DNA from: Asterias rubens
Taxonomy: Eukaryota
NCBI RefSeq assembly: GCF_902459465.1
Contig: NC_047064.1
Coordinates: forward strand, 704,762-768,761
DNA: 64,000 nucleotides
Reading direction: 5' to 3'
Numbering within the stretch: position 1 is the first letter of the stretch; every line of letters starts with the position of its first letter. Positions 35,794 through 47,134 of the stretch are shown here, in pieces. The position numbers and the translations under genes are program-made. The notes under the pieces are model-generated. The model was not told the origin of the DNA, did no database searches, and saw nothing but the letters and a program-made list of their open reading frames with translations.

Positions 35794-35913
35794 ATTCTAC
35801 GAGGTCACAAGGCGTCTGTACGTGCCGTTGCTTACTCACCCAGTGGAGCTCATATCGTTTCTGCCTCCCTGGACGGAACCGTTAAGATATGGTCCTCAAC
35901 TACTGGAACTCAG
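35794..35913 (+). CDS. TEP1: TEP1-like exon 31, WD repeat (ILRGHKASVRAVAYSPSGAHIVSASLDGTVKIWSSTTGTQ)
   Basis: The acceptor is gtcAG|ATT and the donor CAG|GTATAT. Confidence 0.8.
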
Positions 35914-35991
35914 GTATATATGTTTAACAATTAAACCAGCTATGGGCAACTTGGTTAATATATCTTTATAGTAATGAAACAAAGAAACCCC

Positions 35992-36262
35992 AAATTGACT
36001 ACAAGCCAGTCCAAATTTCATGGCTCTGCTTACCGCCGAATTCTGCGCTTACGATCACCATTCTCGGCTAATTGTGCACGCGCCTAATTTCTGCACTAGC
36101 TGTAAAAGGGAAGAATGCCTAGTAATGAGATGTTATCACATGCGCAAGCAAAAACCCTGCTAACCTGTGAAATATGCTTGAGGTAAGCGTGGTATTCAAT
36201 GCTTCCTTAAGCGCCTATAGTTTGCTTACGGTAAGCAGAGCCATGACATGGGATCTGTATTC
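35992..36262. mobile_element. MITE family 2 copy (TIR AATTTCATGGCTCTGCTTACC … GGTAAGCAGAGCCATGACAT) in TEP1 intron 31
   Basis: Inverted termini are visible, and the interior is similar to 48200-48335. Confidence 0.65.
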
Positions 36263-36289
36263 ATGAAGACACATGTGAAGAGAATATGA

Positions 36290-36500
36290 TGAAGAAATGT
36301 CACTTTTAGATGTGGGAGTGAAACGTTTGATACAGAAAAACCCACACAGTCAGGTAGGTACTGAAAACCCACATGCAAGGCTTTGGTCCGTGTGGGATTC
36401 GAACCGGGGTCACAGAGGGGAAAAGCACAGAAAGAAACCACTTGACCAACCTGACCCCCCCCCCACCCCGATTGAAAGACATCTTCTAAGCTGTCCTCTC
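36290..36500 (-). mobile_element. tRNA-derived SINE (reverse) in TEP1 intron 31
   Basis: The sequence is tgtcacttttagatgtggg…gtactgaaaacccaca…gtgggattcgaaccggggtcacagagg…, ending in a C-run. Confidence 0.6.
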
Positions 36501-36634
36501 AGAGCTAGATGAATGAAGACAGTTATTTCCAAAGAGCTGGAAGAATGTTCAATGTCCAATTATTTCTTGCTGATTTGTTGGAGACATCATAAAGACTTCT
36601 GTAGCTCTAATTGTGTGGGGTTTTTTCTGCGCAG

Positions 36635-36733
36635 GTTGGAGGATTAGATGGTCATGTGATGCCGATTAATCGCATTTCATTCTCACCCAATGGACGTCAG
36701 CTTGTGACGGTCAGCGATGACCAAAGGGTCAAG
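36635..36733 (+). CDS. TEP1: TEP1-like exon 32, WD repeat (VGGLDGHVMPINRISFSPNGRQLVTVSDDQRVK)
   Basis: The acceptor is cgcAG|GTT and the donor AAG|GTATGG. Confidence 0.8.
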
Positions 36734-36789
36734 GTATGGTTCTGTTTTTCAGCTGAATTTAGATGAATAAGTTTTTTATGTTTTCCTGT

Positions 36790-37175
36790 CTTAAAGGCAG
36801 TGGACACTATTGGTAATTACTCAAAATAATTATTAGCATAAAACATTTCTTGGTGACGAGTAATGGGGAGAGGTTGATGGTATAAAACATTGTGAGAAAC
36901 AGCTCCCTCTGAAGTGCCATAGTTTTCGAGAAAGAAGTAATTTTCCACGAATTTGATTTCGAGACCTCAGATTTAGAACTTGAGGTTTCGCAATCAACCA
37001 TCTAAACGCACACAACTTCGTGTGACAAGGGTGTTTTTTTCTTTCATTATCTCGCAAGTTTGATGACCGATTGAGCTCAAATTTTCCCAGGTTAGTTATT
37101 TTATGCATATGTTGAGATACACAAACTGTAAAGGCTAGACTTTGACAATTACCAATAGTGTCCACTGCCTTTAAG
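36790..37175 (+). mobile_element. Full-length ~385 bp MITE (family 1) with 30-bp terminal inverted repeats CCTTTAAAGGCAGTGGACACTATTGGTAATTAC
   Basis: Its two ends are exact reverse complements (cttaaaggcagtggacactattggtaattac … caattaccaatagtgtccactgcctttaagg). It lies in the TEP1 intron 32-33. Confidence 0.8.
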
Positions 37176-37755
37176 GCTGTTCCTCAACAAGCCCTGCTAT
37201 TGCGGAACATGCTTCTGCTCTTTGCTTCAAGTCAATGTATTCTCTAATTACAAATGTTAATGTGGAAATAATTGTTACTTTGAATAATGATTACTTAAAA
37301 CATGCATTCTGTTATATTCTCTTGGTTTTATGAATTAAAGCTCCCAAAGTGTACCTTGAGAAATTTTAACTTCAAATTACCGACAAATCTTTGCAGATTC
37401 ATGAAAAGAAAACCAAATCAGTTCATGCTTTGAAGTCTGTTATAAAATTAATTTTAAAGTTAGTGGCAAACATGAAATTTAACATAACATCATTCTGAGA
37501 TGTGGAAAAACTAACTATTATACTTGATACAGTATTGGTGTTTACCCATACACGGATGTGTGTAAAGCACTGTTTACTCAGTACTTTTGGAAGTCCAGTA
37601 AAAACAAATTCCACAGGCAAATATATTACTTTGCTTAGATTTGAGCACACAACCTTTGCAATTCTAGAGCAGATGTTTTACCACGAGAGCACTGAGCTTA
37701 CCCGGTAGCTAGAGGCAGTTTGAATCCTTAACTTGTTTTATTTTCGTTGAATTAG

Positions 37756-38019
37756 GTGTGGTCTGGAAATCTAGGCAAGAGGGTGTCCACTTTTGGGCTG
37801 GATCGCTATGGTAGCGCCACGGCAACGGCTATCAGTCCAGATGGTATGCAGGTCTTAACTGGTTACCACAGCGGTGCCATTAGAATGTATGAGACCAACA
37901 GTGGAGCTGAGATATGGGCGGTGACTCATCACGATGCAGGGGTCAAGGGGTTAAAGTGGGTCATGACCCCATCAGGTCAACTGGAGGTCGTAGCTGGTTG
38001 GCTTACTGGACATGTAGAG
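37756..38019 (+). CDS. TEP1: TEP1-like exon 33, WD repeats (VWSGNLGKRVSTFGLDRYGSATATAISPDGMQVLTGYHSGAIRMYETNSG…)
   Basis: The acceptor is ttAG|GTG and the donor GAG|GTTAGT. 'VWSG.LG…SPDG…VGY..G.IR.Y' matches vertebrate TEP1. Confidence 0.85.
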
Positions 38020-38354
38020 GTTAGTTCGTTGACAGAAAGATTTAGTACAGATTTTGTTCACTGATATACACCTATATGTTTTAAGCACTGTACTTTCCCA
38101 AGTTCTGTGAAAAAAACAACTGGCAAATCTCTCTGGTGGTTATTTATTTTAATGTGACCAGTGGCATCGGAGATAAAGACTTTCATGTCACAGTTATTGA
38201 GTTAACTTGTTTTATTCCAGGCATGTGCCGATGGCTTATTGTCATAACTGTTTGTTTTGTTCATCTTTTTTCTTGTTCTGTTCTTTTTGTATGCTGAATT
38301 AAAAATAATAATAATAATAACTTAATGGCATCTGTTGGTTTTCTTTTATTCCAG

Positions 38355-38521
38355 TTGCTATCGGCAATGACCGGCTCTATTAATACATCTCTAGCTGCTC
38401 ATATGAAACCAGTCACAAGTCTTGCATACAGCAGTCCTAATCGTCTCGTTGCCGTGACGTTTGAGGATAATACAATCTTTATATGGAGGGTTCCTTATGA
38501 GCGCAAAGCCAAGCAGAAAAG
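38355..38521 (+). CDS. TEP1: TEP1-like exon 34 (LLSAMTGSINTSLAAHMKPVTSLAYSSPNRLVAVTFEDNTIFIWRVPYERKAKQK)
   Basis: The acceptor is tccAG|TTG and the donor AG|GTAAGT. Confidence 0.8.
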
Positions 38522-38742
38522 GTAAGTCACATAATATAATAATAATAATAGCAAGTTTTGCTATTCAAGTTCTAAATAACTGTCTGAATGCCCTGCTGGT
38601 CATTGGGCCATTAACATGCCTTTAATCTTGCTCACAGCCTGGGCAATGGTAGAGCTTTTTCATACACAATATCAACATCTGATAACTGATATTGTATTGT
38701 CTAAACTATCTAAAATATTGTCTATTGTCTTATTTCTTCCAG

Positions 38743-38845
38743 TCTGGAACCCTATGCTGTAATTTATGCCATTGGTAATAAAGCTGTGACATGCTGCGGA
38801 TTTGATATGGATGGTACCAGACTAGCCACAGGAACCAAAGATATG
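38743..38845 (+). CDS. TEP1: TEP1-like exon 35, WD repeat (SLEPYAVIYAIGNKAVTCCGFDMDGTRLATGTKDM)
   Basis: The acceptor is tccAG|T and the donor ATG|GTAAAC. The sequence matches vertebrate 'VSCCSFSTDGGSLATGGRD'. Confidence 0.8.
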
Positions 38846-39264
38846 GTAAACAAAAATTTACGAAAAAATCACACGTTTTGAAAACATAAAAAAAAAATTG
38901 AATAATTCATAACAACTATAGTAATTTGATAAAGTGCTTTACACGAACTGTCTTTTTATATATTTTTTACCCACCATTTACAGATATCATTAAAAAACAT
39001 TGAAAGATAAAGTTACTTATATAATATAATATAAGTTGAAGATTACAACTATGCAATAACTAAATAGTCAGGTATGCTCTGATTGAGTTGAAACTTACGG
39101 TTCTTTTCAGAACCACCAGGATTCATTTACAGATTATCATTACATGGTGTTCCCACAAACCTTTACATTATCGTATTTCCACCGTGCAAAATTTCAAATC
39201 CTACTTTGACAATAATTGATAAAAGATTATTAATAAATCTGCATATGATGATAATCTACCATAG

Positions 39265-39393
39265 AGTGTCCAGATCTGGAGTATGGAGAGAGATGTTCTC
39301 TTAGGCACAACGCTACGACCAATGGCAGAGATGCATGCATGTCATAAAGACTGGGTCACTGCACTTTGCTGGTCAGACGCTTCAGATCACTTG
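39265..39393 (+). CDS. TEP1: TEP1-like exon 36 (SVQIWSMERDVLLGTTLRPMAEMHACHKDWVTALCWSDASDHL)
   Basis: The acceptor is catAG|AGT; alternatives at 39267 (out of frame) or 39277 (in frame) exist. The donor is TTG|GTAAGA. 'CHKDWVT' matches vertebrate 'CHRDWVTGCAW'. Confidence 0.7.
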
Positions 39394-40163
39394 GTAAGAA
39401 CACCCAGGAATTTACACTATTCAATCAAATTTCATTATTTCACATAGAAATGTGTTTTCTAGCTCAGTGAAATGTTGTAATTTTTATTGACAAGACAGGA
39501 TTGGTGGAAGATAACTGTTCAGTTTATTGAAATGTTAGTACTCACTTTATTGTTGTTCTCATGAAAAATAAAATTATTCATTGGAAAGACCCCTAGCATA
39601 CGATGTCACTACCCCAAACAGAGCCCTCACTGAGATCAATGACGACGCGTCATTGGCTGAGAGGTTTGCGCAGCGCGTACAGGCTTGCACAGATCCATTG
39701 TTTGATCTTGATGATGGCAGCCAATGCGAGGGGTCTATGAAGAGGTTTTTTTTTAAAATTCAAATGGAAATGAAACGTCAGGAAGTGTGTGTTACCAATT
39801 TGAAAATAACTGAAACCATTCATACAAAAGCAGCAGGTTCAACCAATGTGTTTGTTGAAATGATCTTTCCGTCAAAGAAACTCGGGTGGGGGGGGGGATA
39901 TAAACACAAAGCTGGCAACAGCCAATCTCTCTCACACAAACATTGATTTATGTCTATAAATTGGCTATTATAAATCGCACAAATAAAAAAAAAGTGATTT
40001 AGTAACAAGACGACCATACTTATTCTAGTCATTGTGAAATCAGTGGTTAGCTTGGTGGGATTCGAACCTACATCTTTGTAATTGCAAGTCCTGTATTCTA
40101 ACCACTTTTTGTTTCCTATTCAACCTTCTGTAAACTGTAAATCTCTGTTTTTCTTTACTGTAG

Positions 40164-40271
40164 GTGACTGCATCCAATGATTTCATTATTAAGCTTTGGG
40201 ACATGAAGACTATGAAAGTCAAACATGAATTTATGGGACACACCAGCGCCATTAACTCTGTTGCCTTCAGT
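40164..40271 (+). CDS. TEP1: TEP1-like exon 37, WD repeat (VTASNDFIIKLWDMKTMKVKHEFMGHTSAINSVAFS)
   Basis: The acceptor is gtAG|GTG and the donor AGT|GTGAGT. Confidence 0.8.
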
Positions 40272-40804
40272 GTGAGTATTCAGCATCAAAACTTTCACCT
40301 TTAACAATTTGATTTATTTTTCAGACTAAAAATGACCCTGAGAAAGGGAAGCTAAATGTTAATTTAAAGGCACTAGAAACCTTTGGTAAATTGTCAAAGA
40401 CCAACATTTTCACTTGGTTTATCCAAACATATGCAGACAATAACAAATCTATATTTGTGCTAACAATTATTTGTTAGAAATTACCAATATTGTATTTAAA
40501 GATGCCTGAAAATGTTGCTCCTACTGGAGTAGTCTATTCATCAAATATGTGTTTCATTTACGGTCAGTTCATGATTTTGCCCAGAACCAGATCCAAACCC
40601 TACCCAGCCCCAGTCCCTGCCCTAGTTCCAGACCAAGCCAGCCAGCCTGCATTATTCTTTTTATTTTGTTAGCCCGAACAAAGTAACTGCCCATTGATAC
40701 TACACATGTGCTACATGTATCTACTCGGGAGGGCAGTCAGCTTTTGCTTTTCTTATAAATCCCAGCAATATCTCACAATTTTTTCCTCTCTGTTTTCCTA
40801 ACAG

Positions 40805-40943
40805 CAAGGTTGTGTCGTCTCAGCATGTTTTGATGGATCAGTCAGAGTCTGGTCTCATAAAGGAGTTGAGATTACGACACTCTACGGACACAATAGCCGT
40901 GTCAACAGCTGTGATGTCTTTGTAGTTTCTAAACAAGCACAAG
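40805..40943 (+). CDS. TEP1: TEP1-like exon 38, WD repeat (QGCVVSACFDGSVRVWSHKGVEITTLYGHNSRVNSCDVFVVSKQAQ)
   Basis: The acceptor is acAG|CAA and the donor CAAG|GTAGAA. The sequence matches vertebrate 'DHQGVELTSIPAHSGPISHCAA'. Confidence 0.8.
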
Positions 40944-41289
40944 GTAGAAAACAACTTACTCTTAACTTTATTTTAAAATATTGTTCCTTAAACAATTTTC
41001 TTTTGAACATCTTATAGCAGAGGACGTTTATTTAGTGCTGGTATCTGCCCAGAACATGACCATAAACATACCCTCCCTGTTCCCTCTCTTAATGCTGTTA
41101 ACCCCAGCTGGGGCAGTGACCTCCCAATGAGAATTGACACTAAACAGGGTCCGAGGGCCCAAGGAGATATAGACAGGATTTTAGCTTCCATATTTGTTTT
41201 ATGAACTGTTTCTTGAGAACTAGAATAGCACAACTTTTCCAAAACTATATCAGGAGCTTGTCTCTGGATCATTTCTCGTGATTGTACAG

Positions 41290-41477
41290 ATATCTTTGGA
41301 GATGTTGAGAACAAGGAGGCGGGGCAGACCAGCTGGGCGAGTATGACGGCCACTGAAGAGTGGAAGGATGCTCACTCAAAGAAGAAACTAGACAAAGTGG
41401 AGATGGTTCGCTTGGAGAATGTTGTCGTAGCAACAGCCAGTGATGATGCAATGACTCACCTATGGAAGCCGTTGCAG
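41290..41477 (+). CDS. TEP1: TEP1-like exon 39 (DIFGDVENKEAGQTSWASMTATEEWKDAHSKKKLDKVEMVRLENVVVATASDDAMTHLWKPLQ)
   Basis: The acceptor is acAG|AT and the donor CAG|GTAAAT. Confidence 0.75.
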
Positions 41478-41782
41478 GTAAATTTTGTTTTAGATCAAAT
41501 TAGATTTAATATTGTAAAGGAGAAGTTTACCTTTGGTTTTTGGAGTTATATAATTGTTTTGGTCCTATATAAATGTAGATATATACACAAAACTAATATT
41601 TAAATTTCATTTCAAAAGGTGGTCGTGTTTTTTTGACATATCGCCAAAATTCCTCATAGGAATACACACAATTTTGCAAAACATTTTTCAAGGAATTTTG
41701 TTTTTTAGATTTGTTACAGAACAAAAGCTTGTCTTCTTAAAATGGCAGTTATCGCATATTTTTTTCCATTTTTCTTTTTTAG

Positions 41783-41902
41783 GGCAATGAGATGTCATCT
41801 ATGAGTGGACACTCTGATAGCGTTGTGGCCGTAGCTGTATCAAGCAAAGGTCATATGATCACAGGGTCACATGATAAAACAATGAAGTTCTGGATTCCGA
41901 AG
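41783..41902 (+). CDS. TEP1: TEP1-like exon 40, WD repeat (GNEMSSMSGHSDSVVAVAVSSKGHMITGSHDKTMKFWIPK)
   Basis: The acceptor is tttAG|GGC and the donor AAG|GTGAGA. The sequence matches vertebrate 'LGHSGPVRAAAVSETSGLMLTASEDGSVRLWQVPK'. Confidence 0.85.
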
Positions 41903-42389
41903 GTGAGACTTGATTCTTCCATTCTATTTAGGGGCTAATTTTCAAAGAGCTGCTTAAACAGAAATTATTGCATAATAATTTCCTGCTTAGCGGGACACCA
42001 GTCACAGATGGTTCATGTGCCAAGGTATTTTGGCTAATAACATATTCTGGCAAGCATTATTTTGTTGTGCTTACAGTGTTCACTCTTAACAGTGGACTGC
42101 TGGCCAAATTCCAGTTAGATTTCAGTCTCCAAGTTGTCTGGCTGACTAGCTCAGTGTTAAAAAGTATCCCATTTAATTTAAAGCTAATTGATCCTGCTGG
42201 CTAGTCATTGAACAAGTTATAAGCAAACCCAGACTTATTTATAATAATATATTATTACATTATAATGTAATGAATTGGACCCAGTACTTTTATTTATTTA
42301 TTTATTAATTCTGAACTTAATCTCTATACTAGCCAAGAACCTCGTGGAGAGAAGACAAGGAAGGAAGTTTTGGTTTTAGAAGTGGGGAG

Positions 42390-42535
42390 AAAAACCCAGA
42401 GATTTATTCCATTGAAAACCCACGCAGTTAGGCAGGCACTGAAACCTAATGCATGGAGTGCCTCTGGTGGGATTTGAACCCGGGTCCTAGAGGTGGAAGG
42501 CTAGGAAAGATACCACTACACCAACCCAACTGTCT
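42390..42535 (-). mobile_element. tRNA-derived SINE (reverse) in TEP1 intron 40
   Basis: The sequence is …ggcactgaaacctaatgcatggagtgcctctggtgggatttgaacccgggtcctagaggtggaagg…. Confidence 0.6.
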
Positions 42536-42622
42536 AGATCTTGTTCGATGACTGGTTAGATCACAACAGCCAAATTTGTTGACAAGAAAAACTTACTGAT
42601 TGTATTTGATTTGTGTTAATAG

Positions 42623-42714
42623 TTGGAGGCTCAGGTCCTTTCTGCTCGTCATAATGGTGAGGTTACATGTACTGCGTATTCCATCAAAGCAACGTATGCC
42701 ATCTCTGCAAACAG
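42623..42714 (+). CDS. TEP1: TEP1-like exon 41 (LEAQVLSARHNGEVTCTAYSIKATYAISAN)
   Basis: The acceptor is aatAG|TTG and the donor ACAG|GTAAGC. Confidence 0.7.
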
Positions 42715-42734
42715 GTAAGCAAACAAGTCAATAT

Positions 42735-42935
42735 CAGGGCTCAATTTCATAAAGATGTTAAGCAGAAGGTTCTGCTGAAGCAAATTTCTTGGCTAAGCAA
42801 GTAAAGACAAGGGTACCTGTAGCAGCAATGGTAATTGTATAGTGTTCTGGCTGGTAAGCTGTTTTTGCTAAGCAAGCGTTTTGTGCTTAGCAAGTATTTG
42901 TGCTACCAGGCTTTATGAAATTGGGACCAGGTCTA
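42735..42935. mobile_element. MITE family 2 copy (TIR GGGCTCAATTTCATAAAG … CTTTATGAAATTGGGACC) in TEP1 intron 41
   Basis: The ends are inverted repeats, and the internal sequence is rich in the 'gctaagcaag' motif. Confidence 0.7.
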
Positions 42936-44183
42936 CAAGATCATGCCTCGAATTACACAAAGGCCAAGGAGGCATAGCCTCTGTTGCCCATGGTCTTGGC
43001 CTTGGTGCCCCTATCAAAAGTTCCCATAGACTTTAAAGGAACACGTTGCCTTGGATCGGTCGAGTTGGTCTTTGAAAAGTATTTGTAACCGTTTTTTATA
43101 AAATGCATATAGGTAGATAGACGTTGTAAAAGTAGAATACAATAATCCACACAAACATGCCTCGCAATTGCACGGTTTTCCTTTTACCTCGTCGACTAAC
43201 ACGGTCGGCCATGTAAGTTCGCACAGTAAAAGGAAAACCACGCAATTTCGAGGCAAACTTGTGTGGATCATTGTATTCTACTTTTAAAACATCTTTCCAA
43301 CCATATGCATTTTATAAAAAAGGGTTAAAAAACGCTTTTTATAGACCAACTCGTCCGATCCAAGGCAACGTGTTCCTTTAAGATTGTCCAACGGAAGTGC
43401 CCTTTGCAACATAAAAATGGCCTTGCCCTTTGAAAGATGAAATTCCAAGCCTGCAAAACGGAGCGTGTTTAGTTCAGGGATGAGATATTTCAGACTTTTA
43501 TGTGAAACTCAGACTTTTTAAAGTCTTCCTAGTGTAAAATGTTATATTTTTCTCAAAACAAAAAAGTATAGCTCTTTGATCTACCTCTCTAGCTCTGAGG
43601 ATATTGCTTAATCTTATTAGTTTTCCCAAAAGCTCCTTGAAATCTATATCAAAGGGGTTGTCAAAAGGTTGGAGTGCTATCATTTCAACGTACCTCGTAA
43701 GATCTACTTATCAATCAAATTTTCTACAAAACACAGCCATTACCTACGTAAATTTTGTTTACGTTTCGACTAGTATAATCATTAGTCATCCTTAGAACGA
43801 GGCACAACCAGTCGGTTGGTGGTGCCGTTTACTACTGCCACAATTGGCCTCACCACCATCAAGTAGCTGTAGCAGGAAACTGGTGGGACCGGTGCCTCGT
43901 TCTGATGATGACTAGTGATACCAGTCGAAAAGTAAAAACAATTTACGTGAGTATTGGCTGTGTTTTGTAGAAAATTCATTTGATAAGTTGTTATTTTACC
44001 AGCCTGATGAACTTCTTCCATGATACTCGTAAGATCTGGATCCCATTTTCAGTCTTTTAAAGTAGTCATCCATAGTTTCCTCTAACCTTTAGACGTAAAA
44101 GACGTTAATGACGTTAGCTTATATAAGTTTTATGTTAAAACTTTCAGCACTTTTGTATAACTTCTTGTATTTTATTTTTGAAG

Positions 44184-44265
44184 GAATGGTGAAGTAATGG
44201 TCTGGAAGATGCCTGAGAAGAAGTCTACCTCACTGACTCTACCAAAGGTTGTCTTCTCAAACAAG
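44184..44265 (+). CDS. TEP1: TEP1-like exon 42 (RNGEVMVWKMPEKKSTSLTLPKVVFSNK)
   Basis: The acceptor is gaAG|G and the donor AAG|GTAACC. 'GEVMVWK' matches vertebrate 'GELILWQ'. Confidence 0.7.
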
Positions 44266-44664
44266 GTAACCTAAAAAGAAAAACACACCCGCAAAGTCGT
44301 GCACCCTATTTTCAATTGATTTTAAAATTCTGCAAAATAATGGCATATTAAACGTGACTAAGTTTGTTTAATCATCACTTGTCGATAAGAAGAACATTGT
44401 ATTTCTTGTACATTTTGGAAAAGAATCCTGTGTTTTAAACACTGTGCACAGTGCCTGTTTGTGCTCATGCAACTTCTGAGAAAATAGCTTTTGCAATCTG
44501 CTTACCAACCAAAAGGTATAAATGCAAAAAGTAGTGGCCTGACATATCGAACCAAGCAGAGTGTTTCTCAAAGGATAGAATACTGCTAGGGTTGAAACAT
44601 CAGGCTATCAACTATTTAATTGAGATTGAAGTTTCTTATCTATATTTCTGGTTTTTGTCATCAG

Positions 44665-44795
44665 TTGATGGATAAGGCCATCAATGCTGTATGCTTCTTG
44701 AGTGACACCCGGTTTGCTTTGGGGTCTGACAATGGTATTGTCACCGTGTGGGACATTGACGCCCCAACCCCACCCATGACTGCGTGGAGAGTACA
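44665..44795 (+). CDS. TEP1: TEP1-like exon 43, WD repeat (LMDKAINAVCFLSDTRFALGSDNGIVTVWDIDAPTPPMTAWRV)
   Basis: The acceptor is atcAG|TTG and the donor ACA|GTGAGT. The phase-2 end is completed by the first base of exon 44; an alternative GTACAG donor at 44791 would break the frame. Confidence 0.7.
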
Positions 44796-44856
44796 GTGAG
44801 TTTTATTTCTGAAGATCAATAACTCTTTCAGTTTTCTTCTCTTTTCTCCTCTCTTT

Positions 44857-45957
44857 CCTGAGCCCAATTTCATGGCTCTGCTTACTGTAAGCAAAGAATC
44901 AATGCTTACCGTAAGCAAAGAATCAATGCTTACCATAAGCAAAGAATCAATGCTTACCGTAAGCAAAGATTCAATGCTTACCATAAGCAAAGAATCAATG
45001 CTTACCGTAAGCAAAGAATCAATGCTTACTGTAAGCAAAGAATCAATGCTAAGCAAAGAATCAATGCTTACCGTAAGCAAAGAATCAATGCTTACCGTAA
45101 GCAAAGAATCAATGCTTACCGTAAGCAAAGAATCAATGCTTACCGTAAGCAAAGAATCAATGCTTACCGTAAGCAAAGAATCAATGCTTACCGTAAGCAA
45201 AGAATCAATGCTTACCGTAAGCAAAGAATCAATGCTTACCGTAAGCAAAGAATCAATGCTTACCGTAAGCAAAGAATCAATGCTTACCGTAAGCAAAGAA
45301 TCAATGCTTACCGTAAGCAAAGAATCAGTGCTTACTGAAAGCAAAGAATCAATTCTCATGTAAGCAGGGAATCAATGCTTACCGCAAGCGAAGAATCAAC
45401 GCTTACCATAAGCTCAGAAATCCCTGCTTACTGTAAACAAAGAATCAATGCTTACCGTAAGCAAAGAATCAATGCTTACCGTAAGCAAAGAATCAATGCT
45501 TACCGTAAGCAAAGAATCAATGCTTACCGTAAGCAAAGAATCAATGCTTACCGTAAGCAAAGAATCAATGCTTACCGTAAGCAAAGAATCAGTGCTTACT
45601 GAAAGCAAAGAATCAATTCTCATGTAAGCAGGGAATCAATGCTTACCGCAAGCGAAGAATCAACGCTTACCATAAGCTCAGAAATCCCTGCTTACTGTAA
45701 ACAAAGAATCAATGCTTACCGTAAGCAAAGAATCAATGCTTACCGTAAGCAAAGAATCAATGATTATGTAAGCAGAGAATTCTGAGTTTACATCAAGCAA
45801 AGTTCACAGGTTAGCAGGGAATTATTGCTTGTGTGTGTGCATGTTCTACGAAACTTCGCTTGCACATCTAGCGAAGAAACTTGGCGCTTGCCCTGTAAGC
45901 GAAGAATAGTGATTGCAAATGCAGAATTTGACAGTAAGCAGACCCATGAAACTGGGC
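44857..45957. mobile_element. MITE family 2 copy (TIR GCCCAATTTCATGGCTCTGCTTAC…GTAAGCAGACCCATGAAACTGGGCCC) whose interior is expanded into a 24-bp satellite
   Basis: The terminal inverted repeats are recognisable at 44857-44885 and 45928-45957. The interior is a tandem array (see repeat 44872-45780). Confidence 0.6.
44872..45780. repeat. Satellite array of ~35 copies of the 24-bp unit AAGCAAAGAATCAATGCTTACCGT, with a 2× higher-order ~250 bp block, in TEP1 intron 43
   Basis: The periodicity is directly visible. It creates spurious long ORFs on both strands (44661..45359 minus and 44872..45363 plus). Confidence 0.9.
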
Positions 45958-46098
45958 CCAGTTCTGAGAACACTGAACTTGAGTAATTATAAGTTTGTCT
46001 CTGCTGGTATCCCCCTTTAACCCCCCCCCCCCCCCCCCCCCCCCGATGCAAATTTAACATCATTTCTAATCTTCGGGAAAAAATACTACTTTTTACAG

Positions 46099-46254
46099 AC
46101 AGAGGAAAAGTATGCAGACTGAAGGTTATGAGAAGAGCCCAATCACATGTATGACCTATGACCCTTTGAGGGATAACCTTTATACAGGTCACTGGGCAGC
46201 CATGGTATGCTCATTCAAGTGTGACTCCGGCAAACTACGAGCAATCTACAAAAG
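46099..46254 (+). CDS. TEP1: TEP1-like exon 44 (QRKSMQTEGYEKSPITCMTYDPLRDNLYTGHWAAMVCSFKCDSGKLRAIYK)
   Basis: The acceptor is tacAG|A and the donor AAAG|GTATTA. Confidence 0.7.
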
Positions 46255-46276
46255 GTATTACAAAACCTCTTCATTC

Positions 46277-46672
46277 TTAAAGACATCGGACATGTTTGGC
46301 CATTGTCATAGACCAGTCTCCTCACTTGGTGTATCCCAACATAATGCATCAAATAACAAACCTGTGAACATTTCGACTCATCAATTGGTTACAAAAGTTG
46401 CAAGAGAATAATGAAAGAAAGAAAAAAACCTTGTTGCACAAATTTGTCTGCTTTCAGATGCCTAAAAAAGGCTTCAGGTCTAAAGTCTTTTAACATTTGA
46501 GTCAGAAATTACCTCTTTCTTAAAAACTACGTTACTTCAGAGGGAGCTGTGTCAATGTTTTCAATGTTTTATACTATCAAAAGTTCTCCATTGCTCGTTG
46601 CCAAGTAAGTTTGAATGCAAACAATTATTTTGAGTAATTACCAATAGTGTCCAGTGCCTTTAAACTGTTAAC
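46277..46672 (-). mobile_element. MITE family 1 copy (reverse) in TEP1 intron 44
   Basis: Its TIRs are …gccattgtcatagaccag… and …caattattttgagtaattaccaatagtgtccagtgcctttaaac. Confidence 0.75.
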
Positions 46673-47028
46673 ATTGTTAATGCTTTTGTGTACTGGCCAT
46701 TTTGTTCACTGGAAAGACTGCACAGTTGTGTCAAGTACTTGTTTGTATTCTGCAACCCAAAAATATTTTTATAAGTATTGTCGTCTAGTTATTGAATCAT
46801 AACTTCATGATTTATTGTCATCTAGTTACTGAATCATAACTTCTTGATTTATTGTCGTCTAGTTACTGAATAATAATTTCTAGATTGGTGCAAGTCATAA
46901 TGTTTGTATGAGAGAGATTTGCTGTTGCCAGCTTAGTGTTTAAATCCCCTTGTGTGAGTTTTCTAAATTCCATCGATGGGAAGATTGTGAAAACAAACTC
47001 TTTTGTGATTTTTCTTATTTTTGTCTAG

Positions 47029-47134
47029 AGATGAGAAGGACTCCCCTGATTGGATCTTAGATGTGAAGATTCTAAGAGATAACACCATGGTAGCAACTAC
47101 TGCAGCAGGAGAGATACAACACTTCAGAAACTTG
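47029..47134 (+). CDS. TEP1: TEP1-like exon 45 (RDEKDSPDWILDVKILRDNTMVATTAAGEIQHFRNL)
   Basis: The acceptor is ctAG|A and the donor TTG|GTAAGA. Confidence 0.7.

Noticed and set aside
44661-45623. Long ORFs on both strands (232 aa minus, 163 aa plus, 75 aa, 69 aa) with internally repetitive peptides (SLLTVSID…, ESMLTVSKE…)
   Set aside because: These are translations of the 24-bp satellite array in TEP1 intron 43. Perfect periodicity in all frames rules out coding.
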